64,000 nt of DNA, from NCBI GenBank assembly GCA_951406725.2, contig OX597819.1:70866001-70930000 (forward strand). The letters are read 5' to 3'. The stretch comes from Octopus vulgaris. Its lineage: Eukaryota. The stretch's first letter is position 1, and every line of letters starts with the position of its first letter. The notes beneath the pieces are model-generated. The model searched no databases. It was given only the letters and a program-made list of their open reading frames with translations, and was not told where the DNA came from. The position numbers and the translations under genes were made by a program. Positions 53,001 to 64,000 of this stretch are shown here, in pieces.

Positions 53001-54711
53001 TTTCTACAGCTGGATAACCTTCCTAATGCCAACCACTCCGAGAGTGTAGTGGGTGCTTTTTATGTGCCATCAGCACAGGAGCCAGTCAGGCAGCACTAGC
53101 ATTGGCTTCATTCTGATGGGGCTTTTTATGTGTTACTGGCACAGGAGCCAGTTGGGGGCAGTGGGGCTGGCATCGACCACTTTCAGATGGTGCTTTTTAC
53201 ATGTCACTGGCACGGGGAGCCAATCAGGCAGCACTGGCAATGACCCATGCATGAATGATACTTATTGAATGCCACCAGCACGAGAGCTAGTCAGGCAGCA
53301 CTGGCATTGGCCACAACTACAATTTCCATTTTTGATTGTGATTTGATGTTTGATGGGCTACTTGAGCTGAAGAAAATTCTAACTGGGCCCCACCTGCAAG
53401 TCATATGATGTTTATCTTGATATAAGGTCAACATGTCACTCACATGTTGTGTTGCATGTGTCCTGGTGTACCCTTATCACATGGGCAGTGATGATAGGTA
53501 TGCTGGGCTTTGTATATTTGTACTCCAGTGTCACTTTGATGGTATGTGCTACTCTCTCTCTAATAATTATAATCCTTTTTACTATAGACACAGGGCCTGA
53601 AATTTTTGGGGAAGGGACTGGTTGATTATAGTGACCCGAGTACTTGACTGATACTTAATTTATTGACTCTGAAAGGATGAAAGGCAAAGTTGACCTTGAT
53701 GGAATTTGAACTCAGAACGTAATGACAGACGAAATGCTTCTAAGCATTTTGCCTGGTGTACTAATGATTCTGCCAGCTCACCACCTTAATAATAATAATA
53801 ATAATAATAATGTTTGTGTCTCAGTGCAATAGTTTTAAGCAAGTTCCCTTTGTTTCCAATCTTCTGTGACAAACATGTCTGACCATGGGCAAAATAATAC
53901 TTGCATGAAAACAAATGATGGTTGGCGAAAGTGGGGGAAAAAGGATCCAGCCAGGGAAAATCTCAGTAAATCCTACCCTACCCGTGCAAGTATGGCAATG
54001 ATGTTGATGATAATGATGATTTCTGTTGACTGTAAAAAAAAAGGAAAGTTATGACATCCACACCTGTTAACTGACCTCAACATCTGTCAGCTGATCTCCA
54101 CACACACACACTCACACTGTCTGAGTTGGTTTTGTAGAATTTTGTTCTTATATAACTTCTAGTGACCAGACATTGTGCAAGACACTATCAATCAACAAGT
54201 TGACTAACTACACTGCAACGCCCTCCACCACCACCACCATCCTGTAACACACACACACACACATAGGCATACATATACACTGGTATGTATTGTTTAGTGT
54301 AGGAGGAGAGGTACTTTAGCTCATAATGAACAATAATGTTAGGCTTCAATGAGGTATTTGCTAATTGAACCAGACGATGTGAGAGGATTAGATTTGCACA
54401 TATGATTAAATGTTTGTTATTGAAGCACATACCTGAGAAAGTTACTATTATTATTATTAGTATTTCAAAGGTGGTGAGCTAGCTGAATCATTAGCATGCT
54501 GGACAAAATGCTGCTAAGCATATTGTCTGTCATTACGTTCTGAGTTCAAATTCCATCAAAGTTGAATTTGCCTGTCATTCTTTTAGGGTCAGCGAAGCAA
54601 GTGCCAGTTGAGCATTGGGGTCAATGTAATTGACTAACTACCGCATCTGGAATTTCAGGCCTTGTGCCTATGATAGAAATTTGATTATTATTATTGTTAT
54701 TATTATTATCT

Positions 54712-55360
54712 GTGTGTAGAGTGATGAAACCGTTCTGCATGCACTCGTCCAGTGCCCAAGCATATCTGATATATGGGTTTATGTTGAACGCCTGCAGTCA
54801 TGTATAGGACGTGTCCACTTGTCGGCTGATTCTATCATGAGGATTGCCCCGCCACCGTCTTTTGGCTGGCAAGGGGAGGCAATTTTCATCTGTCTCATGG
54901 CTGTAGTGAAAGAGGTTGTGTGGTGGTCTAGACTGAATATGCTGAAGGCAGATACTTTTATTATTATTATTTCTTTATTTCTTTATTGCCCACAGGGGGC
55001 TAAACCTACCCCTCATCAACTTTTTCAGATACCATCTGAAAAGGAAAGTGAGAGTTGAGAAAGAAGTGCTGACTTCCAATAGATTTGTTGAAAGGTGGGT
55101 GAATGTGGCGAAGATGGTCCTTGTCAGTGGGCCTACTTTATGGGGAAAAGGCTCTTGGCTTAGTAGTCAAGCTACCTGTGGATTTTTCGTGGGGTCTCCA
55201 TGAGTACCCCTGAGCTGCTTGCCTCTTTCAGGCATTTTCTTTGTTATATTTTTCATTGCTGTCAACTTTTTACATGACACTTTATGTAACCCCATTTTGT
55301 CCTTTATGTTTTGTAATATCCAATCTTATTTTTATCAGCCCTTGTGGCTAATAAAGAAAG
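54712..55360 (+). mobile_element. L1/Tx1-like LINE 3' relic (zinc-knuckle region)
   Basis: SDETVLHALVQCPSISDIWVYVE...VVKEVVWWSR fits the ET..H....C and W..R motifs. Interrupted by a SINE B fragment near 54960. Confidence 0.7.
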
Positions 55361-57599
55361 GATTATTATTATTATGTTTTGTTTTATACAAGCTGTTCCA
55401 AGTCTTACCCAGTGATGTCAGATAACAGCAAGTTGGACGTTTTATTGTGGTTGCTGTTTATGACAAACAATGATTTAATTCGGGGAAAGAACATGCGATA
55501 CTGAAAATTAAGAGCTCGTTAAGTTTGTTGTAATATTTGTGATTCTGAAAGGTTTTAAAAGATTTGGGTATTCTCAGGTTGATAGTGTTTTACTTAGGAT
55601 GTGGTCAGTACCCACGAGAACAATTTTTGTAGTTCTGATGCTTTAGGGTTTCCTGGTATTATGCAATAGTGTTTAAGTGTCATTTGATAAAATTCCCTAG
55701 GCTCTGGTGATCACGCATTCAGATATTGCTTTTAAATGCCACATTTTTCAACCTTTGGAAGGTGTCTTCTCTATAGCTTTGGGCCAACCAAAGCCTTGTA
55801 AGTGGATTTGGTTGATGGCAGCTGAAAGAAGCCTGTCCTGTCAAACTGTCCAACCCATGCCAGCATGGAAAACAGACATTAAATGATGATGGTGGTTGTG
55901 TGTGTATGTGTGTGTGTGTGCAAATACTCTTGTCTAGACATCGTGTGATGGTTGCAAATGAGCATCACTGTTATACAAGTGAGGTTGTTTGTTTCCAGTC
56001 TTCTGTGAAAAACCTGTCTCGTAATGGGGTAAATATCACTTTGCTTGGAAACAAGTGAAGGTTGGTGACAGGGAGAGCAACATCCATGGAAAAGCGGACA
56101 TTAAGTGATGATGATGATAGCCTGTTTTAATGCTGTTAAAAGTCTTTGCGGCTATTGATCAAACTGATTTTTACACACAAATTCAAGAATTTTCTAGACT
56201 CAGTTTGTTTTATGAAAAATGATTTTTAAAAAAAAATTCCATGTAGCAGCTTCTTTAGTCATTTTGGAGTTTATAACTGTAAATGTTTTCTGTGTTGTTA
56301 CTGAGACAAATTATCTTGTTTTCACAGTTTTAAGTTATTAATATTCATTAATGAATAGGATTTGTGTAAACTGAAATTTTCTCATGATTTTTTTTTTTTT
56401 ACTTTGTTAGCAACAAAGGGTTTCTTTCTGTGCACAAAAAAAATAAAATAGAATAAAAAGGACAAAGTAAAAGAAAAAAATGTACTCTGAGAGGAAATAT
56501 GCATACAAGCGCCCTAGAAAGGTTTTGCTGTTTGACTAAGCTAAAATATAATTGGAAATTAGAAACTTCAGAAGTTTCTAAAAGACAACATAGTTAAAGA
56601 TTACTATCATCAATGTTATTGTGAAGCATGCATCCATGTGTGTGTGTGTGTGTGTGTGTGCTAGTTTTAGTCAGCAAAATTGTTAAATTTAGTTTTTATC
56701 TGTTGTAATTTTCTTCCACGATTCTTGTTTCTTTTTCTTATTAATTCTGTTTTGTTTCCTATTGTTTGTATCCTGACAACACTTCAAATTGGTTTTAATT
56801 CTTATCCATATTGGATAATGGTTGACCAAAGATTTGTGAATGGATTTGGCAAGTGGAAACTGAAAGAAGTCTGTCATGTGATTGTACTGGTCATCATCGT
56901 CATTATTTAATGTCCTTTTTCCATGTTGGCATGGGTGGCATGGCTGTAGGGGGCTCTGTCAGGTTCTGTGTCTACTTTGGTATAGTTTCTACAGCTGGGT
57001 GCTTTTTATATGGCACCGGCATTGGTGAGGTCACCAAGTACCCACAAGATAAGATCTCGCAACTGAACAGGGCATGGACTGGAGGAATAAGAAACTATGA
57101 TAGAGGGAGAGGAGCAAGTATCTTGCTGAAGAGGTGAATGCCTGGCTTGCCTACCTGGAAAAGTATGTGTGGGTGTGTGTGTGTGTGTGAGTGAGTGTAT
57201 GTGCGAGCGTGTGCGAGCGAGTGCATGTGGGAGGGAGGGAGAGGGAGAGGTCCAGGTACAATGCCAATATGTACAACAAATATGGGAAAGGATTGAAGAG
57301 CAGAAAAGGTGGATGTGTAGATCAGTGAAAAGAGTGTGGTAGATAATTAGAGATGGGGAATGAGTTGGATGTAGAGGGTGTGTGTGTGTTTAACTGTTGG
57401 TTGCCTTGACATTGCATGATAATTGTAAACAAGTGCCACCACCAAACAGGCAGTGTCGTTTGTTTGCGGTCTTCTGTGAAAACATTTGTCCATGGGAAAG
57501 TATTACCTTATTCAGAAACTGGAGAGTGTTGGCACCTGGAAGGGGTGTTCAGCTTTTAAAAAAATCTGCCTCAGCCAATTCCATGGAAAAGTTGATGCT

Positions 57600-57930
57600 G
57601 ATTCTTGGCTGTTTCTCTTGCTTTTGCTGTAACCAGCAACATTTGGTTTTCCCAGTTCAGTTCTTCACTCATTTCAATTCCTAACAGCAAGTAGGCCAAA
57701 TATTTGAGTGGATAAGCTATCAGACTTCCCTGACGTGCTGCTCTTGTAATGAGATCCTTTACATGCGTCATTATGTTTAGCTGTCAAGAATCTGCCCCCT
57801 GTAAAAGACATAACACTGCAGAACTCAACACCACAAACTGTCGTCTTGGTCGCCAGCGCCATTATGCATTTCTTTGAAGAAACTGTGTTAAATGATTTCT
57901 CCAGAAAGTTGGGAAACTGGGAAATAAACA
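57600..57930 (-). mobile_element. Degenerate LINE reverse transcriptase fragment
   Basis: FNTVSSKKC and LKYLAY...SEELNWENQM...KA resemble FN..K.K and KYLG...L.W..HI...KA of late RT motifs. Frameshifted. Confidence 0.45.
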
Positions 57931-59926
57931 GGATTAACATCGTCAACCTTGTTTTAAAGTCTGTTTTTCCATACTTGCATAAATTAGACTGAATTTGTTG
58001 AAGGTTTTCTACAGCCAGATGCCCTTTTTGTCATCAACCCTCAAGTCTAATTAAAGTGCTTCTATGTAGTTGTTTGGCCTGCTAGAAATAGTAGCCAGGT
58101 CTCTGTTACATCAAACCCTATTGTCTTCCAAAAGGAATGATACATTTGATTGAGAGTATATTACACACTACTCGAGAAACAAAACGTGTTGATTGTGACA
58201 GAAAAGCCATCACCTATAGGACTTCTCTCTTGGGGCTTACCTGGTGTTAAATTAATACTTCTGCTACTATAACAACTACTGTGTACCAGTAATATATTAG
58301 GATCAGTTCATGAGACTGAATTCCTTCCTCACAAATATATCACTTTGTGTTATCATTAGGATTCATCGTCATCTTTTAACATCCATTTTATTTTCCATGC
58401 TGACAAGTGTCAGTTTGACAGGATCCAGCTGGTTCAAGAACTGCTGGTACCATGTAAAAAGCACCCAGTACACTTTGTAAAGTGGTTGGCATTAGGAAGG
58501 GTATCCTGCTGCAGAAACCTTGCCAAAACAGACAATGGAACCTGGTGTGGCCTCTGGCCTTTACCAGCTCCTGTCAAACCATCCAACCCATGCCAGCAAG
58601 GAGAATGGGCATTAAATGAAGATGAAGGGTGTTAGATTGTTATAGTTTAGTTATTGATGGAAAATGTAAGCAGAAAAGATGTTCTGAAGGTTCTAGTTTA
58701 GGGAAAGCTTGGTTAAAAAGTGTTTTAGTGCCTCAAGCTGTAGTCAGTTCTCTGGGCAAGTGGCCATTGTGTATTTAGCTTTAGGTAGATATGGCACACT
58801 CATTGAAGTGTGAGTAGAAGGAAGAGAATAAGCTATGTTGAGTAAGAGGGAGGAAAGGACAACACTGGTGTTATCTTTATCTCAGCTAAGAGATTTAGTG
58901 TTATGCTGTGGATAAGATCAGCCAAAAGTATACTAGAAAAGTGAAGAGAAACAGTAATCTTAATGATTTGAGCTTATGTGGCAAAAGTAAAATCGGATTA
59001 AAACTCGTGTTATGAAGATAAAAGAGAGTTGTCCTTCATACAATGGGTAACTTTAGAAATAGACTTTTACATCCTTGGGTTGTAAATAGGGAAATGTGGC
59101 ATGCTTCTCCCTTTTATTCTTTTACTTGCTTTGGTCATCAGACTGCGGCCATGCTGGGGCACCACCTTGGAGAATTTCATTTGAACAAATCAACCCCAGT
59201 GCTTATTATTAGGATAGGTACTTATTTGATTGGTTGCTTTTTGCTGAATCACTAAGTTACAGGGATGTTGACATACCAACAATGGTTGTCAATCAGTGGT
59301 AGAGGACATGCACACATACACACACATAAACACACACGTATATACACACACCCACATGTGTATAGGTGTGCGTCTTTGTGTTGACAACTGGTGACAACTG
59401 GTGTTGCTTGACAACTGGTGTTGGTGTGTTTATGTCCCCATCACTTAGCTCTTTCAGCAAAGGTAACTGATTTGATAAATGCCATGGTTAAAAAACAAAA
59501 CAAAAATTAAGTACTGGGATCAATTCATTTGACTAAAAATTCTTCAAGGCAGTGTCCCAGCATGGCCACAGTCTAATAACTGAAACAAGTGAAAGATAAA
59601 GGATAAAAAAGGCACCTCTGCCCCCATGTCTAACATCCAACTCATTCCTTTCTCATCAGAATATAAAATTCTTGTAACTTCCAATTTTCATTTTCCATAC
59701 AAATAACTTGGGTCATGTTCCTCTAAATTGCTTCCTTGTTAAAGTCCCATAACCTGACGCTGCCACCCACATTCTTATTATATTCCTAAAATAAAACAGG
59801 ATATAGGAAATATGAGGAATTTCTAATGTCTGTTACTGTTTGGAAAAATATTTTCAAATAAAACCCATTTTTCTTCACAAAATTTATGATGCATGTTTAA
59901 TTTTTATATTTTCATTTCTCTTTCAG

Positions 59927-60024
59927 TGTGTGGACCATGGTTTTCCCAGTCAACCGAGGGCTCTTGCATATGACCCTAAGCTGAAGTTGCTTGCAATAGG
60001 AACTAAAACAGGAATATTAAAAAT
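59927..60024 (+). CDS. lgl: Lgl coding exon 2 (CVDHGFPSQPRALAYDPKLKLLAIGTKTGILK-I)
   Basis: Polypyrimidine tract plus TTTCAG acceptor ending 59926. Carries the HGFPxxPxALAYDP...AIGTxxG motif of the Lgl/tomosyn family. 98 nt, ends in phase 2 at GTATCCTTT. Confidence 0.95.
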
Positions 60025-60109
60025 GTATCCTTTTCGCATCAACATAGTTCACTTTGATTTTCTGCATTTTTTGTTATTATTATCATTATTATTATTATTA
60101 TTATATAAT

Positions 60110-60296
60110 TTCTTTATTGCCCACAGGGGGCTAAACATAGCGGGGACAAACAAGGACAGACAGAGATTAAGTCAATTACATCGACCCCCAGTGTGTAACT
60201 GGTACTTATTTAATCGACCCGGAAAGAACATAATGGCAGACGAAATACCGCTAAGCATGTTGCCCGACATGCTAACATTTCTGCCAGTTCACTGCC

Positions 60297-60344
<48 letters not shown>

Positions 60345-61000
60345 GGCAGCGAGCTGGCAGAATTGTTAGCACATTGGACGAAATGCTTAGCAGTATTTCA
60401 CCTGTCACTACGTTCTGAGTTCAAACTCTGCTGAGGTTGACTTTGCCTTTCACTCTTGATGTTCTGAGTTCAAATTCTGCCAAGGTCGACTTTGCCTTTC
60501 ATCCTTTCAGGGTTGATAAATTAAGTACCAGTGAAACACTGGGGGTTCGATGTAATCGACCATCCCCGTCTTCCAAATTTCAGGCCTTGTGCCTATAGTA
60601 GAAAGGATTATTATTATTATTTAAGGTGGTGAGCTGGCAGAATTGTTAGCTTGTTGGGCTTAGCAGCATTTTGTCAGTGTTTGTGTACTGAGTTCAAATT
60701 CTGGCAAGGTCACCTTTGCCTTTCATCCTTTTGGGGTCAACAAAATAAGTGCCAACTGAGCACTGGGGTTGATATAACTAACTTATCCCCTCTTCTGAAA
60801 TTGCTGACCTTGTGCCAAAATTTGAAACCATTATTATTATTTGGGGGTGAGCTAGCAGGATCATTATAATTTTGGAAAAATTGCTTTATGGTATATCTTC
60901 CATTCTGGGGTCGATAAAATTAAGTACAAGCCAAGTAGTGAGGTTGGCATAATTGACTCACCATTTTCTGTCAAAATTGCTGGCCTTGTTCCAGGACTAA
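60110..61000. mobile_element. Cluster of SINE family B copies (one minus, three plus) inside the U12 intron
   Basis: Minus copy about 60110-60297; plus copies start about 60343, 60622 and 60843; separated by (TTA)n. Confidence 0.85.
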
Positions 61001-61069
61001 CTAAACTATTTGAAAGGATTTTCAGGCCAGGAATTATTATGATAGCTTCTATAAATCTCTGCCTTAGCA

Positions 61070-61290
61070 GTGCTGCTGAGGGGTTGGCAGGTCCAACATG
61101 ATAAACTCTACTGGCACAGAAGTGCTGCCAAGCAGTTGCCTAATATGTGCACAGAGCAACAAAGCTGTACTGCATGCATTTGTGCAATGCTTGAGCATTG
61201 CTGATTCACGGAACTGTCTGTTGGACAAATCTGACCATTGGCAGAGTCCATTGTGTGGATTGCCCCATCACCCAAAGCAGGCAGTGTTCA
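61070..61290 (+). mobile_element. Second L1/Tx1-like LINE relic
   Basis: CLICAQSNKAVLHAFVQC CCHC knuckle, homologous to 54720-54855. Confidence 0.65.
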
Positions 61291-62012
61291 CTTATGTGGT
61301 TTTGGATTCCATCCCACTTGGTGGTGCCTTGGGCAAATGTCTTTGTACTTTGGTACTATCAGTGCTCTGTGTGGGAAATTTCTTTGATGGAAATTTGTAC
61401 AGAAGCCCTATGTATATATGTATGTGTATGTGAGAATGTATTTGGATTTTAATTTCTGTATATCTTCACACTGATGCAGAAAAAATAGATCTAAAATTAA
61501 TGATGATTACAAAAAGAAACCAAAGTGAAGCTAACATGTCTCTACCATGATGTGAATTTCAGTTTCAACACTCAGTCTCGGGCGAAGTTACATTGTTGAA
61601 CAAACACAACTATAAAATAGATTAATTTTATATTATAACACAATGAAGTTCCCATTGTTTAAGCTAGTAAAAGTCAAGTCCTGTCTTTGAGTCTTAGGAC
61701 TTATAGGATCAGTTACCTGGTTTCTGTGTGCATATAAAGCGATTGAGATCAAAGCAATCCTCCTGAATGGGATACAAGTCCATCACAGGGTTAATCATTA
61801 ACAGCTGAGTGGGATGGAGCAGTGTGAAGAGGAAGTGTTTTGCACAAGAATACAAAGCACTGCCCGGCCCAGGAATCAAAACCATGGCCTTATGATTGTG
61901 AGTGCAATGCCCTAACTAGTAAGCCATGTGGCTTCCTTTTTTTTTCATAATTTAAAAAAATAGATATTGAGTAAATAATTACCTTAAAAATTTTCTTAAC
62001 AACTGTTTCTAG

Positions 62013-62094
62013 TTATGGCGCACCAGGTGTAGAATTTGTTGGTCAGCAAAAGAAAGATGTTTCTATTAATCAACTTTTCTTTTTACCTGAGCAG
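62013..62094 (+). CDS. lgl: Lgl coding exon 3 (I-YGAPGVEFVGQQKKDVSINQLFFLPEQ)
   Basis: Absent from the ORF track. AG at 62011-62012; the first T completes the ATT codon with exon 2. YGAPGVEF matches the Lgl motif. 82 nt, donor GTATGT at 62095. Confidence 0.95.
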
Positions 62095-63093
62095 GTATGT
62101 AGTTTTTTTTCTTTGTTTATTACATAGAGAAATTCACTTCACAACCATGTACTTTTGGGTTCAGTCCGACTGCACAGTACCTTAGCAATTGTCTTCTATT
62201 GTTATTCCGGGCTGACCAAAGCCTTGTGAGTAGATTGTTAAGAGACACTGTAGACGCCCGTTTTATGTGTGTGTGTGTGAGTATTTGTCTCTGTATCTTG
62301 ACATTGCCAAGTAGTTGTAAATGAGCTTCACCATCATTCAAGCAGTGTTGTTTGTTTCCAATCTTCAATGGAAACATGTCTAGCCAGGGGAAAATATCTT
62401 GGAAACAAGTGAGGGTTTGTGATAGGAAGAGCATCCTGATCTTCCTACTGACCCGTGGAAGTTATGATAAAGGAAGGAGTAAATCAGTGAAGATACCGAC
62501 TCTTCAAGCCATGGTACATGCAGGAACCTATCTAGGAGAATGGTAACTCCTAAAGAGAAAACAATTTGATTCAGTTTAGCTGGGAGTCTTTAAGTCCTGT
62601 TTGTAAAATGGTCAATGTTCAGAAGAGCATTCAACTGTGAAACCCATGCCAAAATAGATCACATAGACAGTGACAGATTAGTTCAAATCAGTTTGTATTA
62701 ATCAAGCCAACAACTGAAGGCAATCTTAGCCATGATAATTCTAAAGCCATTTTAGCAGGATGTAGATGACGCTACTAATATGTCCTGTTTTTATTTAAGA
62801 TGGCATGATGGGATTTGAGGGAAATTTGCCTGCTATTTTTAGCAAGTCAAGCAACCCACTTAGCAACTCCCTCTTTTCTCTGTTGCTGTATGTATATACA
62901 AGAGGTGACATATGTCTTCACAAGAAAAAGAAAAATCAACTTAGAATTACCATCAGAATACATAAAATGATAATATAAAATACATATTTTAAAGATTTTC
63001 ATTTGTTAACGTATTGATGTTTCCTTTTTTATTATGTTTGAAAATAGACTTTAAAAATTAAAAAAAAAAACTGTCTTGTGAATATTTTTTCAG
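62095..63093 (+). other. lgl intron, U2-type GT-AG, 999 bp
   Basis: GTATGT...TTTCAG, phase 0, joins LPEQ|GRLI. Confidence 0.9.
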
Positions 63094-63206
63094 GGTCGTC
63101 TCATCACCCTTTGTAGTGACAACTCCCTACACCTTTGGGAGATTAATGAAAAGAAGGAAGGAAATGCTGTGTTGGAAGAGGTTAAAGAAATTTCCATGGA
63201 ATGCAA
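63094..63206 (+). CDS. lgl: Lgl coding exon 4 (GRLITLCSDNSLHLWEINEKKEGNAVLEEVKEISMEC-)
   Basis: TTTTTTCAG acceptor ending 63093. GRL..L..DNSLHLWE is a WD40 end as in LLGL1/2. 113 nt, phase-2 donor GTGAGT at 63207. The gene continues beyond the window. Confidence 0.93.
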
Positions 63207-63439
63207 GTGAGTTTTTTTTTTGTTTTTCTGCTAAGGTTGGTGTCCAGTGATTTCTGAAGGGGAAGTATAGTTCACAAAATGGATTTTTGATGGTAATTAT
63301 AAATAAGTTATTCATAGATGCATTAAAATAATTCAGACTTTGTTCTGCTCATTAGTAATATTGATTTTGTATTAACACCCCTCTCCCTTATGTAAATTCA
63401 AGTCATATGTAAAATTGTACTGTGTGTGTGTGTAGGCTA

Positions 63440-63765
63440 AAGCATGGCTGTGTGGTAAGAAGCTTGCTTCCCAACCATATGGTTCCGGTTTCAGTCCCAC
63501 TGCATGGCACCTTAGGCAAGTGTCTTCTACTATAGCCTCGGACTGACCTAGACCTTGTGAATGGATTTGGTAGAGGGAAACTGAAAGAAATCTGTCTTAT
63601 GTGTGTATGTGTGTGCGTTTGTCCCTGTAACTTAGCAGATTGGCAAAAGAGACCAATAGAATAAGTATTAGGCTTACAAAGAATAAATCCTGGGGTCGAT
63701 TTGTTTGACTAAGGGTGGTGCTCCAGCATGGCTGCAGTCAAATGACTGAAACAAGTAAAAGAATA
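63440..63765 (+). mobile_element. SINE family A copy
   Basis: GCATGGCTGTGTGGTAAGAAGCTTGCTTCCCAACC...GACTGAAACAAGTAAAA. Confidence 0.85.
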
Positions 63766-64000
63766 TATATATATACACACATATATATAGGCTTGGTTGT
63801 ATGGTAAGAAGTTTGTTTCCCAACCACATGGTTCAGGGTTACTTCCCTCTGCACGTCACCTTAAGCAAGTATCTTCTGCTGTAGCCCTGTGCCAACCAAA
63901 CCCTTGTGAGTGGATTTGGAAGACAGAAACTGTAAAAAGCCTGTGTGTGTGTGTGTGTACATTGAGAGAGAGAGAGAGAAAAATGGTAGGTTTTCTCAAG

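Larger units (their letters stand above)
7930..59926 (+). other. lgl intron after the ATG exon, U2-type GT-AG, 51,997 bp
   Basis: GTAAGA...TTTCAG. The flanking exons join as FGFTR|CVDHGFP, colinear with Lgl with no residues missing. Confidence 0.88.
60025..62012 (+). other. U12-type (minor spliceosome) GT-AG intron, 1,988 bp
   Basis: 5' splice site GTATCCTTTT at 60025 fits the U12 consensus RTATCCTTT. Branch site TTTTCTTAAC at 61991-62000 ends 10 nt before the AG. No long polypyrimidine tract. Confidence 0.92.

Noticed and set aside
59840-60418. 192-aa single-exon ORF with poly-Leu
   Set aside because: Only 59927-60024 is coding. The rest is intron, SINE and (TTA)n read-through.
7846-63206. 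Tomosyn (STXBP5) as the gene identity
   Set aside because: The short MLKF...RERLKKELF N-terminus, YGAPGVEF and GRL..L..DNSLHLWE fit Lgl better. A reciprocal BLAST would confirm.

Overview
AT-rich, repeat-dense animal DNA, most likely an octopus or related cephalopod. That assignment is inferred from the tRNA-headed SINE families and the dense (TA)n/(CA)n/(TTA)n microsatellites, and was not checked by search. The only recognisable host gene is the 5' part of lethal(2) giant larvae (lgl/LLGL) on the + strand. Four coding exons (7846-7929, 59927-60024, 62013-62094, 63094-63206) splice in frame into 125 codons of the N-terminal WD40 region. The intron after the ATG exon is 51,997 bp, and the next (60025-62012) is a GT-AG U12-type minor-spliceosome intron. 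The rest is several SINE families, mariner/piggyBac/hAT MITEs, a Helentron-like element, LINE and Gypsy relics, three minisatellites grown from pieces of mobile elements, several fold-back hairpins and a set of Penelope-type hammerhead-ribozyme-like motifs. Almost all of the ORF track is microsatellite or repeat artefact. I found no CRISPR array and no clearly novel multi-gene system. The best leads are the U12 intron with its adjacent inverted-SINE duplex and the hammerhead-like motifs, one pair of which shows a compensatory stem change. Repeat boundaries were read by eye and are approximate.
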